DNA of 42,120 bases from Candidatus Bathyarchaeota archaeon RBG_13_60_20 (GCA_001775965.1 MEZG01000035.1:1-42120); one strand, 5' to 3'. Counted from the first letter of the stretch, positions 15,076 to 23,840 are shown. Numbers and translations: made by a program. The notes: generated by a model not told the origin, from the letters alone.

Positions 15076-15835
15076 CCTGGGTCTTGAGAGGGGCCTCGCC
15101 CTTCACCTTGCCCAGAACCTCCATGGCCAACTCCACGTTGTCCTTGGGGCCCTCAACTAGGAAGACCTTGCAGCCCTCCGCGCCGTCGATGCCGCCCGCC
15201 GCAATCGGCACCGCGTCCACGTCGAACAGGAGCTTCATGGCCTCCATCTCGGTGATGACCTGTCCGTGGACCACTATCATGCCGCACTTCCAGCCCATGG
15301 CCGCGTCTATGACGCCCGTGCCCATCATGCTCTGAAGGGTGTCAAGGGGCCCAGGCACCAGCTTCTCCAGGCCCGCGGGTATTATGAGTTGGATGCCGTT
15401 GCTGACGATGTAGCCCCACGCCGTCCCTATGGTGCCGCCGCCCGCGCCGGCCAGGAGTATCCCGGCGGCGCCGAAGGAGTCGATGGCGTTGGCGCCCTTG
15501 ATGAAGACGTCGCTGGGCCCCATTCTGGATAGGTAGGGGACCAGCTCGGCCGTGTTGCACTCCTTGAGCTTTCCCTTCTCGAACACGTGGTGGCTGTGCC
15601 TGCCCTCCGCCTTGGTGATGTTGAGGCCGGTGGCCGTCACGACGCCTGCCGTGAACATGCCCTTGTCGGGTATCTCCTTCTGCATGAGCTCCTCGGCCAC
15701 GTAGGCCGTGGAGGTGCTCGTCGCCACTATGAGGATGCCCTCCTGGTACGCCTTCTGCACTGGCTCCATGCAGCTTATGGCCTTAGCTATGAGCCGCTTA
15801 CCCTCGGCGGGGGTCAGAACTACCTGCGCCTTCAT
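15053..15835 (-). CDS. conserved hypothetical protein (Gly-rich, Rossmann-like; function unknown)
   Basis: 260-aa clean ORF with protein-like composition (ILIVATSTSTAYVAEEL, FIKGANAIDSFGAAGILLAGAGGGTIG). I do not recognise the family. Its 3' end overlaps the convergent 13846-15075 gene by 23 nt. Confidence 0.6.
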   Translation of the reverse strand: MKAQVVLTPAEGKRLIAKAISCMEPVQKAYQEGILIVATSTSTAYVAEELMQKEIPDKGMFTAGVVTATGLNITKAEGRHSHHVFEKGKLKECNTAELVPYLSRMGPSDVFIKGANAIDSFGAAGILLAGAGGGTIGTAWGYIVSNGIQLIIPAGLEKLVPGPLDTLQSMMGTGVIDAAMGWKCGMIVVHGQVITEMEAMKLLFDVDAVPIAAGGIDGAEGCKVFLVEGPKDNVELAMEVLGKVKGEAPLKTQVTGWPKK

Positions 15836-15846
15836 GTCTGTTCCTC

Positions 15847-15867
15847 GGTTAGCTATGCATGCTAACC
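15847..15867. promoter_or_regulatory. perfect 7-bp inverted repeat GGTTAGC-N7-GCTAACC between TATA box and start codon of 15053-15835
   Basis: GGTTAGCTATGCATGCTAACC. A TTTATTTAAAG TATA-like element (minus sense) lies at about 15870-15885, and the ATG is at 15835. Confidence 0.4.
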
Positions 15868-16049
15868 GGGCTTTAAATAAAAAGGTAGCTAAAGTGCGGG
15901 CCTTCGGGGGACCGCGTAATACTGTAAGACCAGGGGGCCGCGGACGATATTACTTGCACCCGCTGCCGCGCCCCCACATTAAAGGATCGAGCAAAGTGAC
16001 CCCCGCCGCCCTGGACGCGTTTTGCGGTAAAGGTTAAACCGGGCCGCGG

Positions 16050-16853
16050 CTAGACGGTGCCCTCGGCCAGGGCCTCTGCGAATATCTTCCCGAACTCGGT
16101 GAGGCTGATGACCTTCATCTTGCTCCCCTTCTCAGCGTCCACCAGCCCCTTCATCTCCAGCCGCGCCACGATCCTGCTGAACCTGTTCCTCAGTGTGCTG
16201 TTGGCCGCCTTGTACCCGAACCACCTGATGATGTCGCTGATGCTCTCCGCCTCACCCCCGTTCTCCCTGAGCAGCACCATGAGCTTCTTCTCCCGCGCCC
16301 ACTCCTTCTCCTCGTGCTTGCTGCTGGGCTCCAGCCTGTACCCGGGCAGCTGGATCTCCATGGGGTCCCTGCTGGGCTGCTCACGAGCCCGCCTGAACCA
16401 CTTGTCGAACTCGGGCGTGCCCGGCTCACCGTTCACGTACCAGCCAGGCTCCGCGTTGGGCACGCTGTAGACGCGGGCGTTCCTGAACATGAGGGCTATG
16501 GTGAGGGCTATCCCGGTGGCCGTGTCGGTGGTGCTGGTGATGTCTATGAGGGCCTCCTCCCCGTTCTCCCGAGCCTGGTTCATTATGCCGTAAACGGTGC
16601 GGAAGACGCTGCGCTGGTCCATGGGGTTGTAGGGCACCATTATGGGGTCCAGGATCTCAAGCTTCTCCCGGAGCTCATCGGCGTTCACCTTGCTCATGTA
16701 GGCGAACAGGTTGCTGCCGGTCTCCGCCTCGATGTCGCTGTAGAGGAGGTAAAGCTTTGTGATCCCGTGGACCTTGCTCCAGTACCTGATGCCGTCGAAG
16801 GCTCGACGGTAGTGCTGCCCCACGAGGCATACGATGATGGTCAACAGTTTCAC
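16050..16853 (-). CDS. CARF/Csa3-like Rossmann domain + C-terminal winged-helix regulator (DUF6293 / HFX_2341-type architecture)
   Basis: 267 aa with a GTG start. The N-terminal half is LLTIIVCLVGQHY...KLYLLYSD...ALIDITSTTDTATGIALTIALMF...RVYSV, which parallels the strand-loop pattern and the ligand-loop 'nIS(T)G(s/t)k' region of Csa3/DUF6293 proteins. A linker IQLPGYRLEPS follows. The C-terminal LMVLLRENGGEAESISDIIRW...RNRFSRIVARLEMKGLVDAEK is a wHTH. Confidence 0.55.
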   Translation of the reverse strand: MKLLTIIVCLVGQHYRRAFDGIRYWSKVHGITKLYLLYSDIEAETGSNLFAYMSKVNADELREKLEILDPIMVPYNPMDQRSVFRTVYGIMNQARENGEEALIDITSTTDTATGIALTIALMFRNARVYSVPNAEPGWYVNGEPGTPEFDKWFRRAREQPSRDPMEIQLPGYRLEPSSKHEEKEWAREKKLMVLLRENGGEAESISDIIRWFGYKAANSTLRNRFSRIVARLEMKGLVDAEKGSKMKVISLTEFGKIFAEALAEGTV

Positions 16854-17116
16854 CCGGATGATTGCGCCTTTCCCTGATTAACCAGTGTTTAATAGAATAT
16901 ATAAAAATTGGTGAATGGAGTCGGTCAACCGGCCATTATTCCTTTGTATTGGGACAATCCCAGGCGCGTCGGTGATATCGTGACCATTCATGCGCCAAAG
17001 ATTAGAGGTATTAGGAACCGGACGATTACGGCTATATAGAACGATTGTAGATACTGTATTCATCTAACTGTAGTGTACTCCATCGGAGACCCACACTATA
17101 AAGGATTGCATAAAAA

Positions 17117-17368
17117 ATGAAGGTCACCGTATACTCATTGCCCGACTGCCCCAAGTGCGACAAGATTAAAGAGTACCTCAAGAAGAGGGGGGTCGAGTTC
17201 GAGGCCCGCTGGTTCGACACCGAGGCGCAGACGGGGTTTATAATGATGAACATGTTCGGCAACCCGCCGATCCTCACGGCGGGCTCCGCCGTGAGGCCCT
17301 CCGAGGAGATGTTCGAGGGCTACACCTTGAAGGAGGACAAGGTCGAGGAGGTGTTAGGGAGTGGCTAA
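17117..17368 (+). CDS. nrdH: glutaredoxin-like protein NrdH
   Basis: 83 aa. VTVYSLPDCPKCDKIKEYLKKRGVEFE carries a CPxC redox motif in a thioredoxin fold. It lies immediately upstream of, and overlaps, nrdD. Confidence 0.8.
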   Translation: MKVTVYSLPDCPKCDKIKEYLKKRGVEFEARWFDTEAQTGFIMMNMFGNPPILTAGSAVRPSEEMFEGYTLKEDKVEEVLGSG

Positions 17369-19607
17369 GCTTAGGGATCTGCCGCCATACCAGCGCAGGA
17401 TAGAGGAGTTCTTCACCGAGAACCTGTACATGGGGATGCCCATGGTCCACACCACGGACGGGTACCTGGTGCCCTGGGAGAAGACCCGGATCACGGACAT
17501 GCTGGCCCTGGAGACGACGCTGGCCGAGAAGATGTTCGACATCCCGGCCATAAGCGAGCTGACGGCCGAGAAGATCGCGGACGAGGTGGAGCGGCGCATC
17601 AAGCTGACGAAGCCCAGGTTCGTCTCGGGTCCCATGGTCCGCGAGATCACCAACAACATCCTGCTGGAGTGGAGCCACGAGATACCGGAGTTCCAGATCT
17701 ACAGGAACCTCCTCACCAGGGTGGGGGCGCCCCTCTACGACGCGTACCAGATCGACACCGGCGGCGGCTTCGAGGCCAAGGAGAACGCTAACCTGCAGCC
17801 CAACCCCGAGACGGTGCACAAGAAGAAGGCGGACAGGCTAAGCAAGGAGCAGTACCTGCTCCTCATGGACCCGAAGCTGGCCACCGCCCACCACCAGGGG
17901 GACATCCACATCCACACCCTGGAGTACTTCGGCAGCCGCCCCTTCTGCCAGGACTGGGACCTCCGCTACTTCCTCTACTACGGGCTGGTGCCCGACGGCA
18001 GCGGGTTCAGATCAAGCGTCGCGGGCCCAGCAAAGCAGCCCGAGGTGGCCATACTCCACAGCGTTAAGGTGCTGGCCGCGGGCCAGACCAACTTCAGCGG
18101 CGGCCAAGGCTTCATGTTCTACACCATGTTCCTCGCCCCCTTCCTCCGCGGGCTGCAGTACAAGGCCGTGAAACAGCTGGCCCAGATGATGTTCTACGAG
18201 CTTACCCAGACCTACGTGACCAGGGGCGGCCAGCTGGTGTTCAGCAACATCCAGCTCCCCATGGGCGTCCCCAAGATATGGAGGGACGTCCCCGTGGTCA
18301 TGAAGGGCAAGGTAGGCCCCGACACCTACGGGGACTACGAGGACGAGGTGCAGATGTTCTTCCGAGCCATCAACGAGGTGGCCCTGGAGGGCGACTACTG
18401 GGGCAAGCCATTCAACTTCCCCAAGAACGAGAACTACGTGAGCCCAGAGTTCTTCAAGCCCGAGTACGACGACCTGTGGCTCCTGGTCCACGAGGCCGTG
18501 AGCAAGTTTGGGGCCCCCTACTTCGACAACATGCTGCCCGCGTACCGCGGCTACGGCAACGGCATCAGTTGCTACCAGTGTTGCGCGTACCAGTTCACCA
18601 ACACCCCCGAGACGGACCCCAAGTTCAACGAGAAGCTGTACTTCGAGGACGGTCAGCACTTCAGCATGGGCGGCTGGCAGGTGGTCAGCCTCAACATGCC
18701 CAGGCTCGCGTACCGCGCCAACGGCGACTACGACAAGCTGCTGGAGGCAGCCAAGGAGAACATGAGGCTCGCCATGGGGGTCTTCGAGGCCAAGCGTAAG
18801 TGGATGGACAAGACCATCAGCGGCGGCATGGTGCCCTTCGCCACCCAGACCCCCAGGGACCCCAGGACCGGCAGGAAGGGACCCCCCGCCGTGGACTTCA
18901 GCGAGCTGGTGAACGTCATCGGCGTCGTCGGCATCAACGAGATGGTCCAGCACTTCACGGGCGGCCAACTCCACGAGACGGACGACGCGGTGCGCCTCGC
19001 CGTCCGCCTCCTCTTGGACATGGAGAAGTTCAGGAAGGGCTTGGAGATGAGGAGCGGTTGGAAGGTGATGCTGGCTAGGACCCCGGCCGAGAGCACGGCC
19101 CAGACCTTCGCCGTCGCCGACCTACTCCACCCCGAGTACAAGACGATGGCCAGGGGCATGATCAAGGGCGACCTGAGCAGCGTCAACGGCGTCCCCGGCA
19201 AACGCGACCTACCAGTCTACTACACCAACGGCACCCACACATACGTCGGCGCCAAGGTGCCCCTGGGGAAGAGGATCGACATAGAGCACAAGTTCTTCCC
19301 CATCCTCAGCGGCGGAAACATCTTCCACGCCTGGATCGGTGAGAGCAGCAGCGACCCCGAGGCACTGTACAAGCTGACGCAGCGCATCTGCCGCAACAGC
19401 CAGATAGGCTACTTCAGCTACACCAAGGACCTCACCGTGTGCAGTGCCTGCGCCAGCACCAACGCCGGGATGCTCAAGAGCTGCCCCACGTGTGGTTCTG
19501 AGAATGTGCGCTACTGGAGCAGGATCACGGGGTACTACACGGACGTGACGGGGTGGAACGAGGGCAAGCGCCAGGAGCTCATGGACAGGTACAGGGTAAC
19601 AGTGTAA
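17361..19607 (+). CDS. nrdD: anaerobic ribonucleoside-triphosphate reductase (class III), NrdD
   Basis: 748 aa with a GTG start overlapping the nrdH stop. It has the C-terminal Zn ribbon CSACAS...CPTCGS and the glycyl-radical motif RITGYYTDVTGWNEGKRQE. No NrdG activase is in the window. Confidence 0.92.
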   Translation: MAKLRDLPPYQRRIEEFFTENLYMGMPMVHTTDGYLVPWEKTRITDMLALETTLAEKMFDIPAISELTAEKIADEVERRIKLTKPRFVSGPMVREITNNILLEWSHEIPEFQIYRNLLTRVGAPLYDAYQIDTGGGFEAKENANLQPNPETVHKKKADRLSKEQYLLLMDPKLATAHHQGDIHIHTLEYFGSRPFCQDWDLRYFLYYGLVPDGSGFRSSVAGPAKQPEVAILHSVKVLAAGQTNFSGGQGFMFYTMFLAPFLRGLQYKAVKQLAQMMFYELTQTYVTRGGQLVFSNIQLPMGVPKIWRDVPVVMKGKVGPDTYGDYEDEVQMFFRAINEVALEGDYWGKPFNFPKNENYVSPEFFKPEYDDLWLLVHEAVSKFGAPYFDNMLPAYRGYGNGISCYQCCAYQFTNTPETDPKFNEKLYFEDGQHFSMGGWQVVSLNMPRLAYRANGDYDKLLEAAKENMRLAMGVFEAKRKWMDKTISGGMVPFATQTPRDPRTGRKGPPAVDFSELVNVIGVVGINEMVQHFTGGQLHETDDAVRLAVRLLLDMEKFRKGLEMRSGWKVMLARTPAESTAQTFAVADLLHPEYKTMARGMIKGDLSSVNGVPGKRDLPVYYTNGTHTYVGAKVPLGKRIDIEHKFFPILSGGNIFHAWIGESSSDPEALYKLTQRICRNSQIGYFSYTKDLTVCSACASTNAGMLKSCPTCGSENVRYWSRITGYYTDVTGWNEGKRQELMDRYRVTV

Positions 19608-19886
19608 GTACCAACACCCTTTCTTTCAATCGGGATTAACAATAAAGGATTTAAACCGTGGAAATATACCCATTCATGATTAATAACAGCCCCCGTTGGC
19701 AACCAATACAACCAACGGGTCATCAATACTTTACTTTGAAGACTGCAATCCTCATCGATCACATGTGCCTTCAGAATCTGAAGAACGAGTAAGAAATCAG
19801 AGGCAAGCATTCTGAGGCTCATGAATAAGTACCGCTTAACCACGTAACCAGAAATTTCTTTTATACATTTCTGAAATATATTACTC

Positions 19887-20216
19887 GTGCCTAAACCCGC
19901 CAAGGAGGTCTTCATCAGCGTAGAGTTGGGGGCATATGTCTCTTCATTGGAGATTAATCACAAACATCGCAGATGGATTAACGAGATGGCGGAGAACCTG
20001 CTCCAGAACATCCTTGTCGGCGAACGAATAAAGCAGAGCCAGATACCTAGACACTACATAGAGAAATATAACGTATCTAACCTCTACCGCTACGCTCACT
20101 CGGAAGGTTATCGGTCAACCTACACCTTGACTGAGTTCAGCGAGTACGGCGTCTGCCCGGTGATACTCGACCTTATATCTCACAAGGAATACAATAGAAT
20201 TTTCAGGTACGTCTAG
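19887..20216 (+). CDS. RelE/ParE-superfamily-like putative toxin
   Basis: 109 aa with a GTG start. TTTTATAC lies about 25 nt upstream inside the inverted repeat CAGAAAT-N11-ATTTCTG. IPRHYIEKYNVSNLYRYAHSEGYRSTYTLTEF...VCPVILDLISHKEYNRIF follows the RelE-like pattern (..NLY+..l..g.R..Y.l......v.il.i..H.eY..). AT-rich patch. Confidence 0.45.
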   Translation: MPKPAKEVFISVELGAYVSSLEINHKHRRWINEMAENLLQNILVGERIKQSQIPRHYIEKYNVSNLYRYAHSEGYRSTYTLTEFSEYGVCPVILDLISHKEYNRIFRYV

Positions 20217-20476
20217 GTAATTTTTATGGCAGACTCCACAAGAGCCCTCAGCTTATCGTTGCTCACCCCAGTGTAGACGATGGCTCCGTCCTCGTCGTAG
20301 ACGATTTTATTGGACGCCTCAAGATAATCCAGCACCCTTTTATAGGTCTGGTACTGGACCTTCCTGGGCAGGCTCCTCCACAGCCGCATTCGGGTCGGGT
20401 AGTCCTCCGCATCTATGATAGCCTTCTCTATCATCAGTATGGTGTCTAGCTGGGGTTCGTGCAGAACCTTCATCAC
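20213..20476 (-). CDS. small winged-helix-like hypothetical protein
   Basis: 87 aa. PTRMRLWRSLPRKVQYQTYKRVLDYLEASNKIVYDEDGAIVY resembles a wHTH (recognition helix plus beta-wing). It is convergent with, and overlaps by 4 nt, the RelE-like ORF. AT-rich patch. Confidence 0.45.
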   Translation of the reverse strand: MMKVLHEPQLDTILMIEKAIIDAEDYPTRMRLWRSLPRKVQYQTYKRVLDYLEASNKIVYDEDGAIVYTGVSNDKLRALVESAIKIT

Positions 20477-20697
20477 GTTTAAACAAAATACACTGTTATA
20501 TAAACTTATACAATTAATAATCCTTTCCTAGTTCGATCCATTTTCCCGCTCGTCTGTATACGTTCAAAGAAGTGTGCCGTTTCTAGGGAGAACATTGAAC
20601 CTCTTTAGCGGCACCATCAGTAAGGTTTTCTGATTGCCGGTTCCGGATCTGCTACGATGAGCGGTCATCACACAGGCTCTAAGTCATTCGCCAGTGT

Positions 20698-21285
20698 TTA
20701 CTTTCTTCGGCTCAGGGCTGTGGCGAGGGTGCCCGGTAGCCGGCCTAGAAAGTCCCCCAGCTCGGGCAGCGCCAGCCTGTCCATCGCCAGTACGGTGGCC
20801 GCCACCCCGACGACACCGAAGAGGAAGCTGATGGGGTAGTGGTAGGTCTCTATGGTGGGGCTCGACACGAGCCATGTGAACGGAGGCACGTCGTAGCCTG
20901 TGAGGGCGACCGTGGTCACGACCCTGGCCACGTTCAACGCGTATATGACGAGCGAGCCCAAGGCCGCGCCAACCGCCTTCCTGATCCACGGCGCCCTCAG
21001 CGGCACGACGAGGCCGAGTACGACTCCCAGGACGTGGATGGCGCTGCACTCCCGGACGATGTAGACATGGACTGGGCGGACGCCGCTGAACATCGACAGG
21101 GTGACGACGCCCCCCTCGACGCCGTAGGACGATGACATGCCCAGTGCGTTCATCACGGCCAAGCTGGACTGGGCCGTGATCACCTCGGCCCACAGGCTGG
21201 GCACCCACTGGAACAGCGCGTAGAGGAAGGCGAAGACCGCGGCGTAGAAAACCAGGTACCGTGGGGTGTACTCGCCGCGGCTCAT
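20698..21285 (-). CDS. small exosortase/archaeosortase-family membrane protein
   Basis: 195 aa, polytopic. IVRECSAIHVLGVV resembles the exosortase Cys motif (v.eaCSGi..l). Later LNVARVV (Arg) and ETYHYPISF (His) are positioned as in the Cys-Arg-His triad of this family. Confidence 0.55.
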   Translation of the reverse strand: MSRGEYTPRYLVFYAAVFAFLYALFQWVPSLWAEVITAQSSLAVMNALGMSSSYGVEGGVVTLSMFSGVRPVHVYIVRECSAIHVLGVVLGLVVPLRAPWIRKAVGAALGSLVIYALNVARVVTTVALTGYDVPPFTWLVSSPTIETYHYPISFLFGVVGVAATVLAMDRLALPELGDFLGRLPGTLATALSRRK

Positions 21286-21405
21286 AGTGAAGACGGAGAC
21301 TCCCAGCTATTGAAACATTGCCCCGGCCCCATACCCTAGCTACGCTGACATTCTGCGTCAGTGCCCTAAAGTGCTGAACTCAAGAAGCGACCTATGTGAA
21401 CTCGA

Positions 21406-21567
21406 CTATGGCCCCGTGAACCCGCAGGCCGGACACTTGTAGTTCCTGCCGAAGAGCCTGCACTTCTCGCAGCGCCATAGGGTCACGGCCCCGCAGCTCG
21501 GGCACTGGAACCTGACGGCCTTCTCCTCGGGCTTGACCTTACGACCACAGCTGATGCACGTCGCCAT
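21406..21567 (-). CDS. double Zn-ribbon small protein (COG2888-like)
   Basis: Not in the ORF track (53 aa): MATCISCGRKVKPEEKAVRFQCPSCGAVTLWRCEKCRLFGRNYKCPACGFTGP*. It has four CxxC pairs in the arrangement of the archaeal Zn-ribbon RNA-binding protein family. Confidence 0.6.
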   Translation of the reverse strand: MATCISCGRKVKPEEKAVRFQCPSCGAVTLWRCEKCRLFGRNYKCPACGFTGP

Positions 21568-21754
21568 TTTCTAAGTCACAGAGTATCCCTCGGCAGTCTT
21601 ATTTAAAGATTGAGCGCGGCTAAAAGAACACGGTCCGCGTCGAGGGCACACCTCCAGTCTTGGCGCACGGCGGTGGAAGAGGCCGTCGCGCCTATGGATA
21701 GGGCTCCCAGCCAGGCGCGGTTGCTTAATATCCTTCACCCCATTTTAATGGTGG

Positions 21755-22450
21755 ATGTTCCGCGTAGGGCTGCTGGTGCCGTCGAGCAACACCGTCATGG
21801 AGCCCGAGTTCTACAGGATGGCTCCCCAGGGGGTGTCGGTGCACAGCGCCCGTATACGGCTCACGGAGTTCACTCACGAGGCGCTGGTGAAGTCGCTGGA
21901 CGGCGTCCAGAGGGAGGCCGAGCTGCTCTCCTCGGCCCGCGTCGACGTCATGGTGTACGGCTGCTCCACATGCGCCATCATAGGCGGCCAGGACTGGGAG
22001 CAGGTCCTCGTGGACCAGATCAAGTTCAACACGGGGATCCGGGTGGTCACCGTCAACCTGGCCATGGTGGAGGCCGTCAGGGCCCTAGGCGGTGGAAGCG
22101 TGGGAGTCGTGACACCCTACACGGACACGCTCAACAGGCTCAAGAGGAGGTACCTGGAGGCCCACGGCCTGACCGTGTCCAGCATAAGGGGGCTGGGCCT
22201 CTCGGACGCCTCCGAGATCGGGGCTGTGGAGGAGGAGGCCGTGATGCCGCTGGTCGAGGAGGCCGCCGAGGAGGCCGACGTCATCCTCATCGGCTGCTCC
22301 AGCATCTCGGTCATCCACCTCATAGAAAGGGTAGAGTCCAGGACAGGGGTCCCCGTCGTCACGAGCAACCAGGCCGGGTTCTGGGCGGCCCTCAGCGGCT
22401 CTGGCCTCAGGGCCGTGGACGGGTACGGGAGGCTCATGAGGCTGCCGTAG
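21755..22450 (+). CDS. Asp/Glu/hydantoin racemase superfamily protein (maleate isomerase / arylmalonate decarboxylase-like)
   Basis: 231 aa. MFRVGLLVPSSNTVMEPEF is a characteristic N-terminus. The two catalytic-type Cys motifs are YGCSTCA and IGCSSIS. Confidence 0.75.
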   Translation: MFRVGLLVPSSNTVMEPEFYRMAPQGVSVHSARIRLTEFTHEALVKSLDGVQREAELLSSARVDVMVYGCSTCAIIGGQDWEQVLVDQIKFNTGIRVVTVNLAMVEAVRALGGGSVGVVTPYTDTLNRLKRRYLEAHGLTVSSIRGLGLSDASEIGAVEEEAVMPLVEEAAEEADVILIGCSSISVIHLIERVESRTGVPVVTSNQAGFWAALSGSGLRAVDGYGRLMRLP

Positions 22451-22456
22451 GGGCGC

Positions 22457-23710
22457 CTACCAGACCTTCTTGACCAGCTTCAGGCCGTTTCCGCCTATGA
22501 CCTTCGCGATCTCCTGGTCGCTGTACCCGTGCTTGATCATCCAGCGGCACACGTTCTGCAGGCACTCGCTGGGGTTCTCCATGCCGCGCACGTACCTGAG
22601 CGTCTTCAGCTGCTTGACGTTCATGTCGATGCCCAGGTACTTGTTCTCCCCGCCTTTCCCCGGCCTGGCGTAGTGGCCTAGGCCGAGCCTGCTGCTGTTC
22701 TCCAGGTTAGTGAGGTATAGGCCCACGTGGTCCCCGTAGTTGGTGTCCGGGCCGCAGCCGACGTGGTCGATGCCGATGAGGTTGATGCAGTACTCCACGT
22801 GCTCCATGTAGCCCTCCACGCTGTGGAGGGGGTGCTTCTCCGTGGCCGTCAGGTTGGGCGCGGCCTCGATGGCCATGACTCCGCCGCGTTCGCCGAGGGC
22901 CTGGATGACGTCGTCTGGGAACATCCTGGTGGTGGGGGTCAGTGCGCGGGCCCCGGCGTGGCTGATGATTATGGGGTCCCTGCTGAGCTGGATGACCTCT
23001 GCCGCGGTCCTGTCGCTTGTGTGGCTCACGTCCACAAGCAGCCCCAGCTTGTTCATCCTGACCAGGGCATCGTACCCGAACTCGGTGAGGCCGCCGTCCA
23101 GGTGCTCCTTGAGGCCGCTGCCCAGCATGTTGCTCTCACTGTAATTGACTCCGATGCTTCGGACGCCGAGGCCGTACAGGACATCCAGGCGGTCCACCTC
23201 GTTCTCGATGCATGAGGCGGACTCCAGGACCGCGACCCAGGCCAGCTTCCCGCGCCTGTGGGCCTGCTCTATGTCCTCCGCCCTCCTGCAGTGGACCAGG
23301 AAGTCCTGGTGGCCTATGTCGCAGAGCCTCATCCCCAGGTCGTGGACCGTGCTCATCCAGTCCCACCCGTTCTTGGTGTTGATGAAGCTGCTGCCGTCCA
23401 TCATGTTGTCGAAGACGCAGTCCAGGCCGCTCATGGCCAGGGCCTCGTAGGCCAGGACGTTGCGGCCCTCCCTATCGAAGTCCCTGTTCTGGTTGGGGTC
23501 CAGGGGGCTAATGTCTGGGTGGGCGTGGAGGTCCATGACCACGCTCCTCCCCATGACCTCCTCGAACCTCTCCTCCTCGGCCTTGCTCAGGGGGACGGGC
23601 TCCCACCAATCCTTGACGATGGCGTCCCTGAGCTTGAACTCACGGTAGTCGCGGCCCGGCTCAAGGTACTGGTAAGCCTTGTAGCCGCCGTACTTCTTGT
23701 TGCGACCCAT
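22457..23710 (-). CDS. membrane (renal-type) dipeptidase, peptidase family M19
   Basis: 417 aa. VMDLHAHPD provides zinc ligands, with LLVDVSHTSD and IISHAGARAL as in M19 dipeptidases. Confidence 0.85.
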   Translation of the reverse strand: MGRNKKYGGYKAYQYLEPGRDYREFKLRDAIVKDWWEPVPLSKAEEERFEEVMGRSVVMDLHAHPDISPLDPNQNRDFDREGRNVLAYEALAMSGLDCVFDNMMDGSSFINTKNGWDWMSTVHDLGMRLCDIGHQDFLVHCRRAEDIEQAHRRGKLAWVAVLESASCIENEVDRLDVLYGLGVRSIGVNYSESNMLGSGLKEHLDGGLTEFGYDALVRMNKLGLLVDVSHTSDRTAAEVIQLSRDPIIISHAGARALTPTTRMFPDDVIQALGERGGVMAIEAAPNLTATEKHPLHSVEGYMEHVEYCINLIGIDHVGCGPDTNYGDHVGLYLTNLENSSRLGLGHYARPGKGGENKYLGIDMNVKQLKTLRYVRGMENPSECLQNVCRWMIKHGYSDQEIAKVIGGNGLKLVKKVW

Positions 23711-23840
23711 AGAAACCGTGTAAGGCTATGCTTCAAGTGTTATTTAACGGGTTAGGCCGCCACGGGGATCAAGAAGGCTACGTGAAATACAGGTTCTTTC
23801 TTGAGCATGGTTTATGATATGATCAGGGCTCATCCCTCGC

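Noticed and set aside
15933-15978. H/ACA guide sRNA: a GC stem (GGGGGCCGCGG...CCGCGCCCCC) followed directly by ACA
   Set aside because: The hairpin is only about 43 nt with a 22-nt loop. That is too short for lower stem, pseudouridylation pocket, upper stem and K-turn, and no GA-GA K-turn motif is seen. ACA after a stem is likely chance.
19535-19915. 126-aa minus-strand ORF overlapping the nrdD 3' end
   Set aside because: It overlaps the well-supported nrdD C-terminus antisense and continues through AT-rich spacer. There is no motif, and the composition is atypical.
21610-22473. 287-aa plus-strand ORF overlapping the racemase-family gene in another frame
   Set aside because: The translation is Arg/Gly/Pro/His-rich and low-complexity. 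The 21755-22450 frame carries the recognisable Asp/Glu-racemase-family motifs.
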